A DNA stretch of 64,000 nt from Escherichia phage vB_EcoM_VR26. This document shows positions 47,876-60,500 of the stretch, one piece after another. The notes under the pieces were generated by a model. It saw only the letters and a list, made by a program, of their open reading frames with translations, did no database searches and was not told the origin of the DNA. The stretch lies in sequence record NC_028957.1; one strand, written 5' to 3'. Every line of letters begins with the position of its first letter. Positions within the stretch are counted from its first letter, which is position 1. Both the position numbers and the translations under genes were made by a program.

Positions 47876-48121
47876 TTAAATTGACTCTGGCAGTTCCGAA
47901 GACATTTCATCATTATATTCTTCTTCTGACTGGACGGTGATGTCAAAATATGATTGGACGTCACCGGCTGCATCATGACAGTAGACACGTTCATGACGTT
48001 TGGCCAGAAATTTGATTCCGTCAATAGTGATATAAGAATTTGGTGCCGGTAAATCCTGTTCGGTAAATTGCAGCATTTCAAAAATGACTTCGCCGGTCTG
48101 GCGTTTAAATCGTAAATTCAT
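47876..48121 (-). CDS. Hypothetical protein (nrdA.1 position)
   Basis: 81-aa ORF, ATG. Confidence 0.5.
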   Translation of the reverse strand: MNLRFKRQTGEVIFEMLQFTEQDLPAPNSYITIDGIKFLAKRHERVYCHDAAGDVQSYFDITVQSEEEYNDEMSSELPESI

Positions 48122-48180
48122 AATTTCCTCTCATTAAATTTTAAATAATTATATCACAGTGCCCTGAAGCGGAATCGTAT

Positions 48181-48480
48181 TTATGTTCCCAAATCCTCGA
48201 GCGAAAAGGTATCTTTGAAAAGTTTGTTAACGACCAGGGCGATAACATCGCCATGGCATGCTTTTGGTTTGCATGTACAGGCCAATCGCATTCCGCGTAG
48301 GGTTTCTAGGTGTTCTCTTTTGATTTCGCCCGATTTAATCTTTGCTATGAAATATTCTTTAAAGTTCTTTATGTTTTCTTCTCGGGTACCATCTTTATAT
48401 GGGTTTCCCCACATGGTACCCCGTTGAATATTCACATCAAAGTCGGATTGATATTTGTTAACAACCCGACAGGCTTTCAT
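48181..48480 (-). CDS. Hypothetical protein, DUF4326-like
   Basis: 99 aa; GNPY...CTCKPKACHGDV pattern. Confidence 0.45.
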   Translation of the reverse strand: MKACRVVNKYQSDFDVNIQRGTMWGNPYKDGTREENIKNFKEYFIAKIKSGEIKREHLETLRGMRLACTCKPKACHGDVIALVVNKLFKDTFSLEDLGT

Positions 48481-48541
48481 AGTAGGAAGTTAAGTCCGAC
48501 CATTACGACCAGAAATAAAATACCGGCAATTTGAATTTTCA

Positions 48542-48744
48542 TTAGACCTCGACAATAAACCAGATAGACTGGTGTTGGGTTAAATCGTGATATTCATATG
48601 ATTTAATCACACGCATAACATAAAGTTCTTTGTTCTGGACAAAAATCGTTGTTTTCTCTTTAGGCAGCTCATCGAGACTTATATTCATTTTTTCAAACAG
48701 CACCTCACGGGTGCCGTATCTATTGTTTACTATACGAATATTCA

Positions 48745-48745
<1 letters not shown>
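48542..48745 (-). CDS. Hypothetical protein
   Basis: 67-aa ORF overlapping td stop. Confidence 0.45.
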
Positions 48746-50403
<1,658 letters not shown>

Positions 50404-50407
<4 letters not shown>

Positions 50408-50745
50408 TTTAATTCCTTAACTGCCTTTTTGATGGCAGTAAAATCTTTGCGAATATCGAGAACCAATTTGTAAAGATGTTTAATTGTATCTGTATCAAAA
50501 TATGATACCGCGCAACGTGATTGGCGAATATCTTCTAATGAATACTTGCTTTCACCTGCGCCATATCCAATGATACCACTAATGCACTTGTCATTAAGCG
50601 TATACTTCTGGGGGACATCAATAATATTTTTAGGATAGATGTAAAGACTCCAATCAAATTTTTGTTCAAGCGTATCAACCTTAACTTCAAGAACCAGTTC
50701 AGGATGCGCATCATCTTTAGCAAAACAAGTGTATTCAGCAAGCAT
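50404..50745 (-). CDS. Hypothetical protein
   Basis: 114 aa from internal ATG with GAGGA Shine-Dalgarno; removes overlap with next gene. Confidence 0.45.
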
Positions 50746-50755
50746 TATATTTTCC

Positions 50756-50995
50756 TCACGCTTTCTTAGCGATTTTCCAGTCAGCTTTAAATTGGTCAAC
50801 ATCAGAGTGGTGAATCCAGAAACCAGATGAGCTACCATCTTCATAAAGAGGGCAACCATCACACTCATCTTTCCAACCCATTGTACACAAAGTTTCTTCT
50901 GCTTTTTCCAGAGCTTCAGGATTGTTACCTTGGATTGTGAAGTACCATTTGCCTTTAACTTCTGAATCTTTGATGCTCTCACGTTTTAATTTCAT
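50756..50995 (-). CDS. Hypothetical protein
   Basis: 79-aa ORF, ATG, GAGGAG Shine-Dalgarno. Confidence 0.5.
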   Translation of the reverse strand: MKLKRESIKDSEVKGKWYFTIQGNNPEALEKAEETLCTMGWKDECDGCPLYEDGSSSGFWIHHSDVDQFKADWKIAKKA

Positions 50996-51053
50996 TTTAT
51001 TCTCCTCAAGTTGGTAAGGCTATAGTATCATTACCATAGCCTGTTGTAAACAT

Positions 51054-51281
51054 TTATTTTTGGATTAAGCCCATATAAAATTCAGCATCTTCAACATGCA
51101 TACCATCACAATACTCGTCAGTCATAAAACGAGTAAGGTCTTCAAGAGGACCTTGGATTTCAATTTGGATACTGAAGAATTGAGTATCTTTAATATAAGT
51201 CATACTCAAAGAAGGATAACGATTACGGATAACTTCGTAAGTGTATTCAAAATCAACAATATCAATATTAACTTTAGCCAT
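51054..51281 (-). CDS. Hypothetical protein
   Basis: 75-aa ORF, ATG, GAGGA Shine-Dalgarno. Confidence 0.5.
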   Translation of the reverse strand: MAKVNIDIVDFEYTYEVIRNRYPSLSMTYIKDTQFFSIQIEIQGPLEDLTRFMTDEYCDGMHVEDAEFYMGLIQK

Positions 51282-51313
51282 TTTATTTTCCTCACTTATT
51301 AGTTGATAGGTCT

Positions 51314-51342
51314 ATAATAACATAATCATAGACATTGTATAC
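51314..51342 (-). promoter_or_regulatory. Early-type promoter (GTATAC-N17-TATTAT)
   Basis: Minus-strand elements upstream of 51054..51281. Confidence 0.4.
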
Positions 51343-51349
51343 TACTTTT

Positions 51350-51604
51350 TTAAATTTTATCAAGCCATTTGCCAAGTTTAGTCATTTCTTTAGTAGCTTT
51401 TTCTAGACTTCTGAACTTGACTAACAAAGGATGAGTGTCTACGCCCATGACTAAAGTGGTTACAAGACTATGCTCGCCTACAAGCCATAGAGAATACGTT
51501 TGAACATCAAGTCCGTAATTTCGGTCTTTATGAACACGTACACCCATCACTTCAAACTGTTCGCTGGCTTTTTCTACTGCATCCAGGAAATCATCTTTAG
51601 TCAT
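51350..51604 (-). CDS. Hypothetical protein
   Basis: 84 aa from internal ATG (track start is TTG). Confidence 0.45.
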   Translation of the reverse strand: MTKDDFLDAVEKASEQFEVMGVRVHKDRNYGLDVQTYSLWLVGEHSLVTTLVMGVDTHPLLVKFRSLEKATKEMTKLGKWLDKI

Positions 51605-51605
51605 A

Positions 51606-51974
51606 TTAAATTCCAAAGGTAGCTTTAATCAGGGCAATGACTTCAGCAGCATTTTTGTGATTAACTTGTACATGAATGGTTTGCGTGTCAACAACAGGAG
51701 CATCTTCATCAACTTCCAGGAAGTGACGGAATTCCCACTCAGCGAGTTCAAAGTACTCATCAGCACCATCCATACTATCCAGGATGGTGCCATCTTTCAT
51801 TTCAACTTTTTCGACAAAATAATCGCCATCAATATAGCACATATCCAGGACTTTGAAGGAACTGCCATGTTGTTCCATCAGCTTAATCATACGCGAATTG
51901 TCATCAGGACTACCAGCGATGAATTGTTTTTTGGCAGCAGGGTCTAATGTATAAAATTTACCAGTTTCCATCAT
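51606..51974 (-). CDS. Hypothetical protein; N-terminal motif shared with 38120..38662
   Basis: 122 aa; GKFYTL...AKKQFIAG; GAGGA Shine-Dalgarno. Confidence 0.55.
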   Translation of the reverse strand: MMETGKFYTLDPAAKKQFIAGSPDDNSRMIKLMEQHGSSFKVLDMCYIDGDYFVEKVEMKDGTILDSMDGADEYFELAEWEFRHFLEVDEDAPVVDTQTIHVQVNHKNAAEVIALIKATFGI

Positions 51975-52017
51975 TTTAATTTCCTCGGTTGTTTATCGTG
52001 TAACTCAGTATGGAATC

Positions 52018-52047
52018 ATTATGCCTTAGCTCAAAGGACTTGTACAC
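52018..52047 (-). promoter_or_regulatory. T4 early-type promoter (GTGTAC-N18-CATAAT)
   Basis: Same conserved cassette as at 9098 and 35014. Confidence 0.5.
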
Positions 52048-52060
52048 TACTTTTTGAAAA

Positions 52061-52084
52061 TAAAAAAGGGACCCGAAGGTCCCC
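52061..52084 (-). terminator. Terminator after gene 32 (GGGACC-cgaa-GGTCCC then T-run)
   Basis: Perfect hairpin 6 nt after gene 32 stop. Confidence 0.75.
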
Positions 52085-52089
52085 TTATA

Positions 52090-53007
52090 TTAAAGGCCAG
52101 CCAGAAGGTCGTCAAGACCATCATCAGAAGGCTCTGGAGTGCTTGGAGCAGTCGCAGTGCGTTCAGACTTAGCAGGTTTACTGGAAGTGAAATCTTCCAT
52201 ATCTTTATCAAAATCGTCCAGGTCAGCGCCCAGTTTATCAGCTTGTGCAGCAGCTTTAGAAGCAGCGCCGCCGAGAGCAGCCGTACCCATTACTTTAGAG
52301 AATTTCTTCTGATTCTCTTCAAGGGATTTAAACACCAGCAATTCATTCAGGTCAGACATTTCGTCCCAAAGTTTTTTCTGGAACGCTTCATCATTGATGC
52401 CAGCGATTTCAGACTGGTTCATGAATTTGGAATCATCGTAGTTTTTATAACCGGAAACCATTTTAGATTTCAGTACGAAGTTTGCACCTTCAAAAGGACA
52501 AGTTACATCAATAGCTGTTTCGCCCATGTCAACATCGACTTCAACCATCTGGTTGATTTTGTCCATGATTTTCTTACCGAAGCGGTATTTGAATACTTGG
52601 CCTTCGTTAGACGGAACAGCAGGGTCTTTAATGACCAGGATGTTAGCCCAGTAAGAAGTATTACGCTTCAGTTTACGATATTCGGATTCGTTTGTATTGT
52701 ACAGGTCATTCTTATTCATGTACGAACACACAGGGCAGTTTTCATAGTCGCCGTGAGTAGAAGTACAGTTTTCAATATACCATTGACCAGCATTTTTAAA
52801 GCCGTGGTTAACCAACTTAATGAACGGAGATGGATTTTCTTCATTCTTAGAAGGCAGGAAACGAATAACCGCAGAGCCGACGCCATCAGTATCTTTCAGT
52901 TTCCATTCTTTTTTATCGTCAGAAGAGAAACCAGAACCACCTTTAAGTGCATTCAGGGAAGCGGCGAGGTCAGCTGGGTTTTTACGTTTAAACATAGACA
53001 TAGACAT
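52090..53007 (-). CDS. 32: Single-stranded DNA-binding protein gp32
   Basis: Zinc-binding and OB-fold region near-identical to remembered T4 gp32 (AVIRFLPSK...CPVCS...[16 protein letters not shown]); three in-frame ATGs at 53007/53001/52995, the last giving the T4 length of 301 aa. Confidence 0.95.
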   Translation of the reverse strand: MSMSMFKRKNPADLAASLNALKGGSGFSSDDKKEWKLKDTDGVGSAVIRFLPSKNEENPSPFIKLVNHGFKNAGQWYIENCTSTHGDYENCPVCSYMNKNDLYNTNESEYRKLKRNTSYWANILVIKDPAVPSNEGQVFKYRFGKKIMDKINQMVEVDVDMGETAIDVTCPFEGANFVLKSKMVSGYKNYDDSKFMNQSEIAGINDEAFQKKLWDEMSDLNELLVFKSLEENQKKFSKVMGTAALGGAASKAAAQADKLGADLDDFDKDMEDFTSSKPAKSERTATAPSTPEPSDDGLDDLLAGL

Positions 53008-53066
53008 AGTGATTTCCTTAGATTATTTGATTTTAACAGTTGTTTTGATTACGTATTAATTATACT

Positions 53067-53735
53067 TCAGAGTGATTGAAGCGTTATTTGACAGTTTTTA
53101 ACCGTCTCAATGAAAAGCTTACGAGCTTCAAGAGCATCTATATTTAAGATTTTCTTATAAGCATTTAGTTTGGTTGAATACTTGTCCCAAACCAAATCGT
53201 TAGTCTGTTCATCATGTTTATTTATTATATGCAAAAATGAGTCAAGCAAACAAAACGTTTCAAATGAAATAACATTCGATTGGAGAAGTTTGAAAATATA
53301 ACTTGTGTTCACTTTAGTATTATACTCGAAAATCTCTTGAAGCGATTTGACTTCGACTTTCTTACTGAAGTAATAGATGTTCTTTATATCATCTTCGTAT
53401 ACTTGTTTAATTCTTTTAAGTCTGCCGATGTATTCCCTATAAAATATCAGAGCATCGGCATCACTTATATCACCTATCCATGCATCCTGGTTCGCGACCA
53501 GGTTTGACATGAATATTAACGTTAATTCTTTGAGAGTGTACTTATCGCTAAGCTTTTCGAAAAAATACTTGTCACGACGTTTTTGATAAGCACTATCGGA
53601 GATTCGCATGGTCCAGTTATATTTGATAATATCATAACGACCCGAAAAATGCTGTTTGATGGATAAGTACAGTTGATATACTGATTTACCATTTATGTAT
53701 CGGTTGTTATTTGGAGGCATGCGAATCGTAATCAT
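53067..53735 (-). CDS. 59: Helicase loader gp59
   Basis: 222 aa; near-identical to remembered T4 gp59 (YINGKSVYQLYLSIKQH...ISNLVANQDAWIGDISDADAL). Confidence 0.93.
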   Translation of the reverse strand: MITIRMPPNNNRYINGKSVYQLYLSIKQHFSGRYDIIKYNWTMRISDSAYQKRRDKYFFEKLSDKYTLKELTLIFMSNLVANQDAWIGDISDADALIFYREYIGRLKRIKQVYEDDIKNIYYFSKKVEVKSLQEIFEYNTKVNTSYIFKLLQSNVISFETFCLLDSFLHIINKHDEQTNDLVWDKYSTKLNAYKKILNIDALEARKLFIETVKNCQITLQSL

Positions 53736-54025
53736 AACAAAAAGTCCAGCGTATTAGTTTTCTGTGTACGAGACATACTCGGACGAAGCAGGTTATCATC
53801 ATATGCTTCATTCATAATCTTATCAATGATCCCCGCGGGGATATATCGCGCAAAATTACCCTCAGGAACACCACGTTCTTCCAACCAGGCAGTCGTAGCT
53901 TCCAGATAAGACATTTCAGTTGACTCAACCATGGCTTCAATATCAAGCCCGTTTTGCTGCTTACTAATCGCCCCGGAAGGTGATTCAGTTTTCTGTGTAT
54001 CAAAATTAACTAAAGAGGACATCAT
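53732..54025 (-). CDS. 33: Late transcription accessory protein gp33
   Basis: Position between dsbA and 59; start moved to internal ATG with GGAG Shine-Dalgarno because the track start overlaps dsbA by 116 nt; start uncertain. Confidence 0.55.
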   Translation of the reverse strand: MMSSLVNFDTQKTESPSGAISKQQNGLDIEAMVESTEMSYLEATTAWLEERGVPEGNFARYIPAGIIDKIMNEAYDDNLLRPSMSRTQKTNTLDFLL

Positions 54026-54275
54026 AGAGCTCCACAGCTTCGGTTTTTTCATCTTCAAAACGCTCACGAGTACCTTTATGATACAAGCCGAGCTGTGTAT
54101 TGAACATCTTACCGTCAACACCTAATTCAGTTTTTGCCTTATCTTTAAGGTCTTTAATTTCGTCCGCGTATGCTTCCATTTTTAATTTAGTATCGGAAGC
54201 AGCTTTAATCAGTTTGGCCAGTTCAGCGCCGTGAGTATCAGGACAAAATTCAACTTTCACTTTTTTCTCTTTCAT
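54006..54275 (-). CDS. dsbA: Double-stranded DNA-binding protein DsbA
   Basis: 89 aa (same as T4 DsbA); position between rnh and 33. Confidence 0.8.
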   Translation of the reverse strand: MKEKKVKVEFCPDTHGAELAKLIKAASDTKLKMEAYADEIKDLKDKAKTELGVDGKMFNTQLGLYHKGTRERFEDEKTEAVELYDVLFS

Positions 54276-54283
54276 AATATACC

Positions 54284-55228
54284 TTAATAAAATTCAGCAA
54301 TATTTGCAGTTAGTTTAGACAGACCAGACTTAACAAAGTAAGGATAAACTTTACTTTTGGCTGGGATAGTGTAGTTATTATATCGTTCTAAGATTGAAGC
54401 GGATATTTCTGTTGGGATAAAGTCCATATCAATCAACAATTGGTTTTCACAGAATCTATTATATTGCTCTTCTGTTAAAAGCGTTTTCAGGACGTCATGG
54501 TCGTAATAGTTGAGCGCAATTTGTTCAAGCTCAGCAGCACGGGTCGGTGGAGTACGTTCCCCTTCTTCGTGAGTGTAATAAAAATCACCACGAACTTTGA
54601 TGCTTGACACGTTATCTTTTTTGTCGCCTTTAACAACTTTTGTCACGCAATCCATAAGGGCATCGCCAGATTTTGTTTTTACATATTTTTTCTGCATCGG
54701 GGACCATTGTTTTACCCCAGGGAATTTATGCAACTGGGTAAAGTCGCCATCCGAAGAAACAATCATAACCGGATGTCCGAGACCGGTGAGCAACTTCGTT
54801 AAGACTGCAATATGGTCGTCTGCCTCAACTTTATCCATATTCATCACGATGTACGGCATGTATTTTTCCATTTCATCAATGATGATGTGCATGGCAGCAT
54901 GTAGACCTTCCCAATCGAATTGAGACTCTTCACGAGCTTTCGCACGGTTTTTCTTATAATAATAAGATTTCGTTCGACGCCAATAACCATTCTTCGAGTT
55001 ATCAACACAAATAATTGGAATCGTATAACCGAGCTTCTTGAACTGCACAATATTTTTTCTGATGGAGTTCAGAACCAGGTGCCGGGTCATTGCGGTTGTT
55101 ACCTTTGGATAACCAGCGTCTTTGCCGAATTCCTGGAAGGCTGCAGCCATGATGAGCTGACTAAAATCGAGTAACTGAAAACCATCTTTTTGACGGTCTT
55201 CTTCAGGGAGTAAGAAATCTAAATTCAT
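54284..55228 (-). CDS. rnh: RNase H (FEN-family 5-prime nuclease)
   Basis: 314 aa (T4 Rnh 305 aa); conserved blocks SGYWRR...YYKKNR...AREES.WDWEG and SSDGDFTQLHK. Confidence 0.93.
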   Translation of the reverse strand: MNLDFLLPEEDRQKDGFQLLDFSQLIMAAAFQEFGKDAGYPKVTTAMTRHLVLNSIRKNIVQFKKLGYTIPIICVDNSKNGYWRRTKSYYYKKNRAKAREESQFDWEGLHAAMHIIIDEMEKYMPYIVMNMDKVEADDHIAVLTKLLTGLGHPVMIVSSDGDFTQLHKFPGVKQWSPMQKKYVKTKSGDALMDCVTKVVKGDKKDNVSSIKVRGDFYYTHEEGERTPPTRAAELEQIALNYYDHDVLKTLLTEEQYNRFCENQLLIDMDFIPTEISASILERYNNYTIPAKSKVYPYFVKSGLSKLTANIAEFY

Positions 55229-55285
55229 ATGTACCTCTGTACAAGTAGTTAACTCAATTATATTAGCATAAAAATTTTAAAGCAA

Positions 55286-55293
55286 TATAAATA
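55286..55293 (+). promoter_or_regulatory. Late promoter TATAAATA for gene 34
   Basis: Exact motif 32 nt upstream of gene 34 ATG. Confidence 0.65.
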
Positions 55294-55324
55294 CACATAT
55301 ACCAAATCAATAAGGATAAAGCAC

Positions 55325-58300
55325 ATGGCCGATATTTTAAAACCAGCATTCAGAGCAACATCCGGTCTCGATGCTGCTGGTGAGAAAGTCATTAATGTCG
55401 CGAAAGCTGATTACTCAGTTTTGTCAGACGGCGTTAACGTAGATTTCTTTATAGAAGAAAACACAGTTCAACAATATGATGCAACGCGTGGATACAAAAA
55501 GAACTTCGCAGTTATTAATGATAACCGTATTTGGGTTGCTCAACGTGATATTGATGCTCCTGCTGGAGCATTTACCCCTCAGTATTGGTTAGCAACTCGT
55601 ACTGACCCTAAATGGGAAACTGTTGCATCTCCGACTCGTCAGCTTAATTCGGGTGAATTTATCGCAGTTGACTCTGCTGCAAGCTTTACCACATTTACAT
55701 TGCCTACAAACCCGGTCGATGGCGATACCATCGTTATTAAAGATATCGGCGGCAATGTTGGTTACAACGAAATTAAAGTGCAGTCAAGCAACGTACCAGG
55801 CGGCGGTAACCAAAAGATTGTTCGTTTTGGTAATCAGTATTCAGAAGTTTTAATTACCAAACCGTTCTCTTATAATATGCTTATCTTCTCGAATCGCTTA
55901 TGGCAATTCTGGGAAGCTGGCAACGAAGAACGTGGCATCAGAGTAGAACCATCAACTGGTCGTTTCCATGCGCAAGCCGGCGACTTTATTATGCGTCGTT
56001 ATACAACCGGTGCACCGATTACTTTCATTCTTCCTAAGTATGCGAACCAGGGCGATATTGTCAAATCTGTTGATATCGATGGCCTGGGGCCAACATTCCA
56101 CCTGATGGTTGAAACCTTTGACTCCAGTTCCAGTCTTGGTAAAGCTGGACAGCATCAAATGGAATTCCGCACCACGGGCGATGGCTTCTTTGTTTATAAT
56201 GCCGCCGAAAAACTCTGGTATGTTTGGGACGGTGATTTTAAAACTCGTCTTCGCGTTATTCGCGATAACGTTAAACTTTTACCGAACGAAAGTGTCATTG
56301 TATTTGGTGAAGATAACTCAACTCCAGCGACGATTAATATCGATTTGCCAACGGATGTTTTGCAAGGTGACATTGTTAAAATTGCACTGAACTATCTCCG
56401 CAAATCACAGACTGTTAATATAAGAGCTGCTGCTGGTGATAAGATTGCATCTGACATTAAATTGTTGCAATTTCCTAAACGCTCCGAGTATCCACCAGAT
56501 TCAACTTGGGTATTGGTTGATTCATTGACCTTTAATGGTAACATCAGTTATACTCCAGTTATTGAATTGTCTTATGCCGAAGATAAATTGTCTGGAACAA
56601 GTTATTGGGTTGTTGCTCAAAACGTTCCGACTGTTGAGCGAGTTGACTCATTAAATGATTCCACGCGTGCTCGTCTTGGTGTTATTGCTCTGGCAAACCA
56701 GACTCAGGCAAACGTTGACCATGAAAATAACCCAGAAAAAGAACTCGCAATTACTCCTCAGACTTTGGCTAACCGTGTTGCTAAAGAGAACCAACGAGGC
56801 ATTGCCAGAATCGCAACGACTGCCCAAGTAAATCAGAACAGTGATTTTGCATTTGTTGATGATGTAATTATTTCTCCGAAAAAACTCAATGAACGTACGG
56901 CAACAGAAACGAGACGTGGGCTCGCAGAACTCGCCACACAGCAAGAAACTGATGCAGGTGTAGATGATACCACAATTATCACTCCAAAGAAACTGCAAGC
57001 GCGTCAGGGCTCAGAATCGCTGTCCGGTATCGTGACTTACGTCCCGACCACTGGTGCAACTCCAGCTACTTCGCGTGAATTAAATGGTACAAACGTTTAT
57101 AATAAAAATACCACTAATCTGGTAATTTCTCCGAAAGCTCTTGACCAATACAAAGCTACTTACACTCAGCAAGGCGCAGTTATTCTGGCCGTTGAAAGTG
57201 AAGTAATTGCAGGTACATCGCAATCTGGCTGGCCAAACGCTGTTGTTACTCCGGAGATGTTGCATCGTAAAACAGCTCTTGATTCCCGTATCGGTTTAAT
57301 CGAAATTGCTACTCAGACAGAAACAAATGCAGGAACCGATTATACCAGAGCCGTGACTCCTAAAACGTTAAATGACCGTAAAGCATCAGAAACGTTAACC
57401 GGCATAGCCGAGATTGCTACGCAATCAGAATTTGATACTGGAACTGATGATACTCGTATCTCAACTCCATTAAAAGTTAAAACTAGATTTAATAATACTG
57501 CTCGTACTTCTGTTAATGCATTAAGTGGTTTAGTAGAAACAGGGACGCTCTGGGACCATTATAACCTGAATATTCTTGAAGCAAATGAGACACAACGTGG
57601 TACGGCAAGATTAGCAACTCAGGGTGAAGTTAATACCGGTACTGACGATAAAACAATCGTTACTCCGCTTAAATTGATGTCGAAAAAAGCCACTGAAAAT
57701 GCCGAAGGTATTGTTCGCATTGCGACAAACGCAGAAGCGACTGCCGGTACATCGAAAGTTCTGGCCATCAGTCCGTCTGCGCTGAAATATATTGCACAAA
57801 CGGAAACAACCTGGGAAGCATCTGAAACACTGCGTGGATTTGTTCGTTTATCTTCTGGCACAGCTACTTCGGCCGCAACTACAACGACTGGTGCAGGATT
57901 TACATATGAGAATGGTGTATATACCCCGGACCCAAGTAAACTGGTTAACTACGTAAAATCTGGCTATGCAGTTTCGCCTTACGAATTAAACCGCGTATTG
58001 CAAAACTTCTTACCGATAAATGCGATGGCTGTTAATGCCGAAAAACTTGATAGCCTCGATTCAACCCAGTTTATTCGTCGTGATATTGCTCAGACTGTTG
58101 AAGGTGTGTTAACTCTCACCAAACAGACAAATTTATCCGCTCCGGTTGTATCGACGAGCACTGCAGTGTTTACTGATGTAACGGCTGGCACTTCGACGTT
58201 CGGAACTGTGAATGTTGTTAATGGAACCAACAAGTGGAAAATCACTGCTCCTTCCACCGGAACGACAATGACTATTGGCGATACGACTAACGTATTGACA

Positions 58301-59338
58301 TTAAACACTGCCTCGGGCAATGTTGCTGTATTGAACAACCTTAGTGCCGGAAACGATGTTCAAGCCAAAAATAATTACGTTCTAAACGGTCGTACTATTG
58401 CAACCACGACGGGTGAAGCTTCTGGTGCAACTCTGGCCCTGGGTGATAACTCGCAGAATTTAGTGCTCAAAACTCTTGATGCTGGTAATATCATAGCAAA
58501 TGGTGGCGGTGCATTTAAAGTCCTGACCGAGAAAAACGCTGTTGAGATTGTTGATAGAAACTTTGTTAACCAAGCGGGCGATACAATGTCTGGTATGCTC
58601 CGTGTGAATGCTCCGGTCCGTGTATTCGGTACGAAACCAAGTCTTATCGCACAAGCCCCAACTGCGGAAACTGTTGGCTTCTGGTCTGTTGATATTAATG
58701 ATGAACCGACTTACAGTCAGTTCCCCGGTTATTGGACAATGATTTTAAAACGTCAAATAAACATTGATACCGTTCAAACTAAACCGGCCGGTATGTCCGA
58801 TGAAGTTTGGAATAGTTCTGGTTGGTTAACAGAAAACGGCAAGAATGGTAAATTACCCGGTGGACAAGAATTGGGTCCCGATGGACAACCGATTACACCA
58901 CAGCCTCCGGTTGTACCAATTCATTATCGTAAACCAGATGGAACTTTAGGTGACCCAGTTAGTACACCAGAGGCTCCTATACGTGGTACATGGTTTGACT
59001 ATTCAGTTCGTGACAAACAAATTAAATATCCTGGTACATTGACTCAGTTTGGTAATACGCTGGATTCATGCTATCAAGATTGGGTTTGCTATCCTACTGG
59101 ATTAAACGGTGGTACTATTCGTTATACTCGCACATGGCAGAAAAATAAATCAGCCTGGACGACTTTCGCAATGGTTTACACCGCGGATAACCCTCCGTCT
59201 GCAGAGGATGTTGGTGCATTACCGGCGGACAACACAACAATGGGGAACTTGACCATTCTTGATTGGTTACGTATCGGTAACGTGCGTATCATCCCAGACC
59301 CGACCACTAAATCCGTTAAGTTTGAATGGGTTGAATAA
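55325..59338 (+). CDS. 34: Long tail fibre proximal subunit gp34
   Basis: 1337 aa (T4 gp34 1289 aa); N-terminus and internal repeats typical. Confidence 0.95.
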   Translation: MADILKPAFRATSGLDAAGEKVINVAKADYSVLSDGVNVDFFIEENTVQQYDATRGYKKNFAVINDNRIWVAQRDIDAPAGAFTPQYWLATRTDPKWETVASPTRQLNSGEFIAVDSAASFTTFTLPTNPVDGDTIVIKDIGGNVGYNEIKVQSSNVPGGGNQKIVRFGNQYSEVLITKPFSYNMLIFSNRLWQFWEAGNEERGIRVEPSTGRFHAQAGDFIMRRYTTGAPITFILPKYANQGDIVKSVDIDGLGPTFHLMVETFDSSSSLGKAGQHQMEFRTTGDGFFVYNAAEKLWYVWDGDFKTRLRVIRDNVKLLPNESVIVFGEDNSTPATINIDLPTDVLQGDIVKIALNYLRKSQTVNIRAAAGDKIASDIKLLQFPKRSEYPPDSTWVLVDSLTFNGNISYTPVIELSYAEDKLSGTSYWVVAQNVPTVERVDSLNDSTRARLGVIALANQTQANVDHENNPEKELAITPQTLANRVAKENQRGIARIATTAQVNQNSDFAFVDDVIISPKKLNERTATETRRGLAELATQQETDAGVDDTTIITPKKLQARQGSESLSGIVTYVPTTGATPATSRELNGTNVYNKNTTNLVISPKALDQYKATYTQQGAVILAVESEVIAGTSQSGWPNAVVTPEMLHRKTALDSRIGLIEIATQTETNAGTDYTRAVTPKTLNDRKASETLTGIAEIATQSEFDTGTDDTRISTPLKVKTRFNNTARTSVNALSGLVETGTLWDHYNLNILEANETQRGTARLATQGEVNTGTDDKTIVTPLKLMSKKATENAEGIVRIATNAEATAGTSKVLAISPSALKYIAQTETTWEASETLRGFVRLSSGTATSAATTTTGAGFTYENGVYTPDPSKLVNYVKSGYAVSPYELNRVLQNFLPINAMAVNAEKLDSLDSTQFIRRDIAQTVEGVLTLTKQTNLSAPVVSTSTAVFTDVTAGTSTFGTVNVVNGTNKWKITAPSTGTTMTIGDTTNVLTLNTASGNVAVLNNLSAGNDVQAKNNYVLNGRTIATTTGEASGATLALGDNSQNLVLKTLDAGNIIANGGGAFKVLTEKNAVEIVDRNFVNQAGDTMSGMLRVNAPVRVFGTKPSLIAQAPTAETVGFWSVDINDEPTYSQFPGYWTMILKRQINIDTVQTKPAGMSDEVWNSSGWLTENGKNGKLPGGQELGPDGQPITPQPPVVPIHYRKPDGTLGDPVSTPEAPIRGTWFDYSVRDKQIKYPGTLTQFGNTLDSCYQDWVCYPTGLNGGTIRYTRTWQKNKSAWTTFAMVYTADNPPSAEDVGALPADNTTMGNLTILDWLRIGNVRIIPDPTTKSVKFEWVE

Positions 59339-59346
59339 GAGGTAAT

Positions 59347-60477
59347 ATGGAAAAATTTATGGCAGAGTTTGGACAAGGATACGTCCAAACGCCAGTTATA
59401 TCAGAAAATAATGCCGTTAAATTTAAAATGAGTATAGCAGGGAGCTGTACTCTTTCCACGGTGAAATCGTATATCAAATTTCAGGACGAACGAATCGGGC
59501 CAACTACTTTTGGTAATGGTCTGACTCTATTGGAAATTGATACAACTACGAATAAAATTGTTAACACGAAAAACTATTCATTAACCAGCACACACGATGC
59601 AATCAGTCAGGCATTAATTACCTTTGTGGAATCTGTTCCAGCCGGAAGATTAATTGCATTTATTTCTTCCGGTAAGCTAAATGCTTCACAGACATTAATT
59701 GACTGGATGCGATTAAAGGGGTCAAAGGCATTCCCTGAAAAATGGCTAATCGACAAAGTTGACACATCTTACTCGGCATTCTATATCTCTGGTCGAAATG
59801 TAATCGTCTCCGAGCATGTAAAATATAACGATGGCAAATTTGTTGAAGATGTATCCACCCCATTAGAAGTTGTTTATGATACCTTTAGTGATATAGGAGC
59901 AACAGGCTATCCTGTGCGCATAACGGAAGACGAGAGCACGTATTCATCAACAGGTGATGGAACACCAGCCACAATTAAAAGGTTCCCTAGAGAGGACCTG
60001 GTGACTCCTATGGCTGGCTACAACCTTTTGCCTTTGGATATGCTTTATCTGAAGTTTCAGATGTCATTTGATGCTGCTCTGAAAGCCGCTGGGACTGTAA
60101 GGACTTCGGTTCGATTCTTTAAAAGCCCCAGCACCTCTCCTATATCAAATACAAACATCGATATTGCAACAAACGTTCCAGCCGGTGCATGGGCGAGTTT
60201 TGAAAGATATGTCGAGATTCCAGCAGGTGCCGATGGTTTTACAGTAGTAACGTCAAGAACTGTAGCTGTGGGAACTGGGTCAATACGTAATATTGTTATT
60301 GGTGAGATAACCAGAGACGACTCTGCGTTCAAACCAGCTGAATTTGGTGTCAACGGCATAAGGATGTCATATGCAAACGATGCAACAAATACAGGCAATA
60401 CAATTGTAACATTCCCTGATGCACAAGCTCCGCGTGCAGGCAAGATTTATGCAGCCGAACTTCGAGAAAAACAATAA
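59347..60477 (+). CDS. 35: Long tail fibre hinge connector gp35
   Basis: 376 aa; N-terminus MEKFMAEFGQGYVQTP identical to remembered T4 gp35. Confidence 0.92.
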   Translation: MEKFMAEFGQGYVQTPVISENNAVKFKMSIAGSCTLSTVKSYIKFQDERIGPTTFGNGLTLLEIDTTTNKIVNTKNYSLTSTHDAISQALITFVESVPAGRLIAFISSGKLNASQTLIDWMRLKGSKAFPEKWLIDKVDTSYSAFYISGRNVIVSEHVKYNDGKFVEDVSTPLEVVYDTFSDIGATGYPVRITEDESTYSSTGDGTPATIKRFPREDLVTPMAGYNLLPLDMLYLKFQMSFDAALKAAGTVRTSVRFFKSPSTSPISNTNIDIATNVPAGAWASFERYVEIPAGADGFTVVTSRTVAVGTGSIRNIVIGEITRDDSAFKPAEFGVNGIRMSYANDATNTGNTIVTFPDAQAPRAGKIYAAELREKQ

Positions 60478-60498
60478 GGACCTTCGGGTCCTTTTTTC
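60477..60498 (+). terminator. Terminator after gene 35 (AGGACC-ttcg-GGTCCT then TTTTTT)
   Basis: Perfect hairpin with UUCG loop. Confidence 0.75.
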
Positions 60499-60500
60499 GT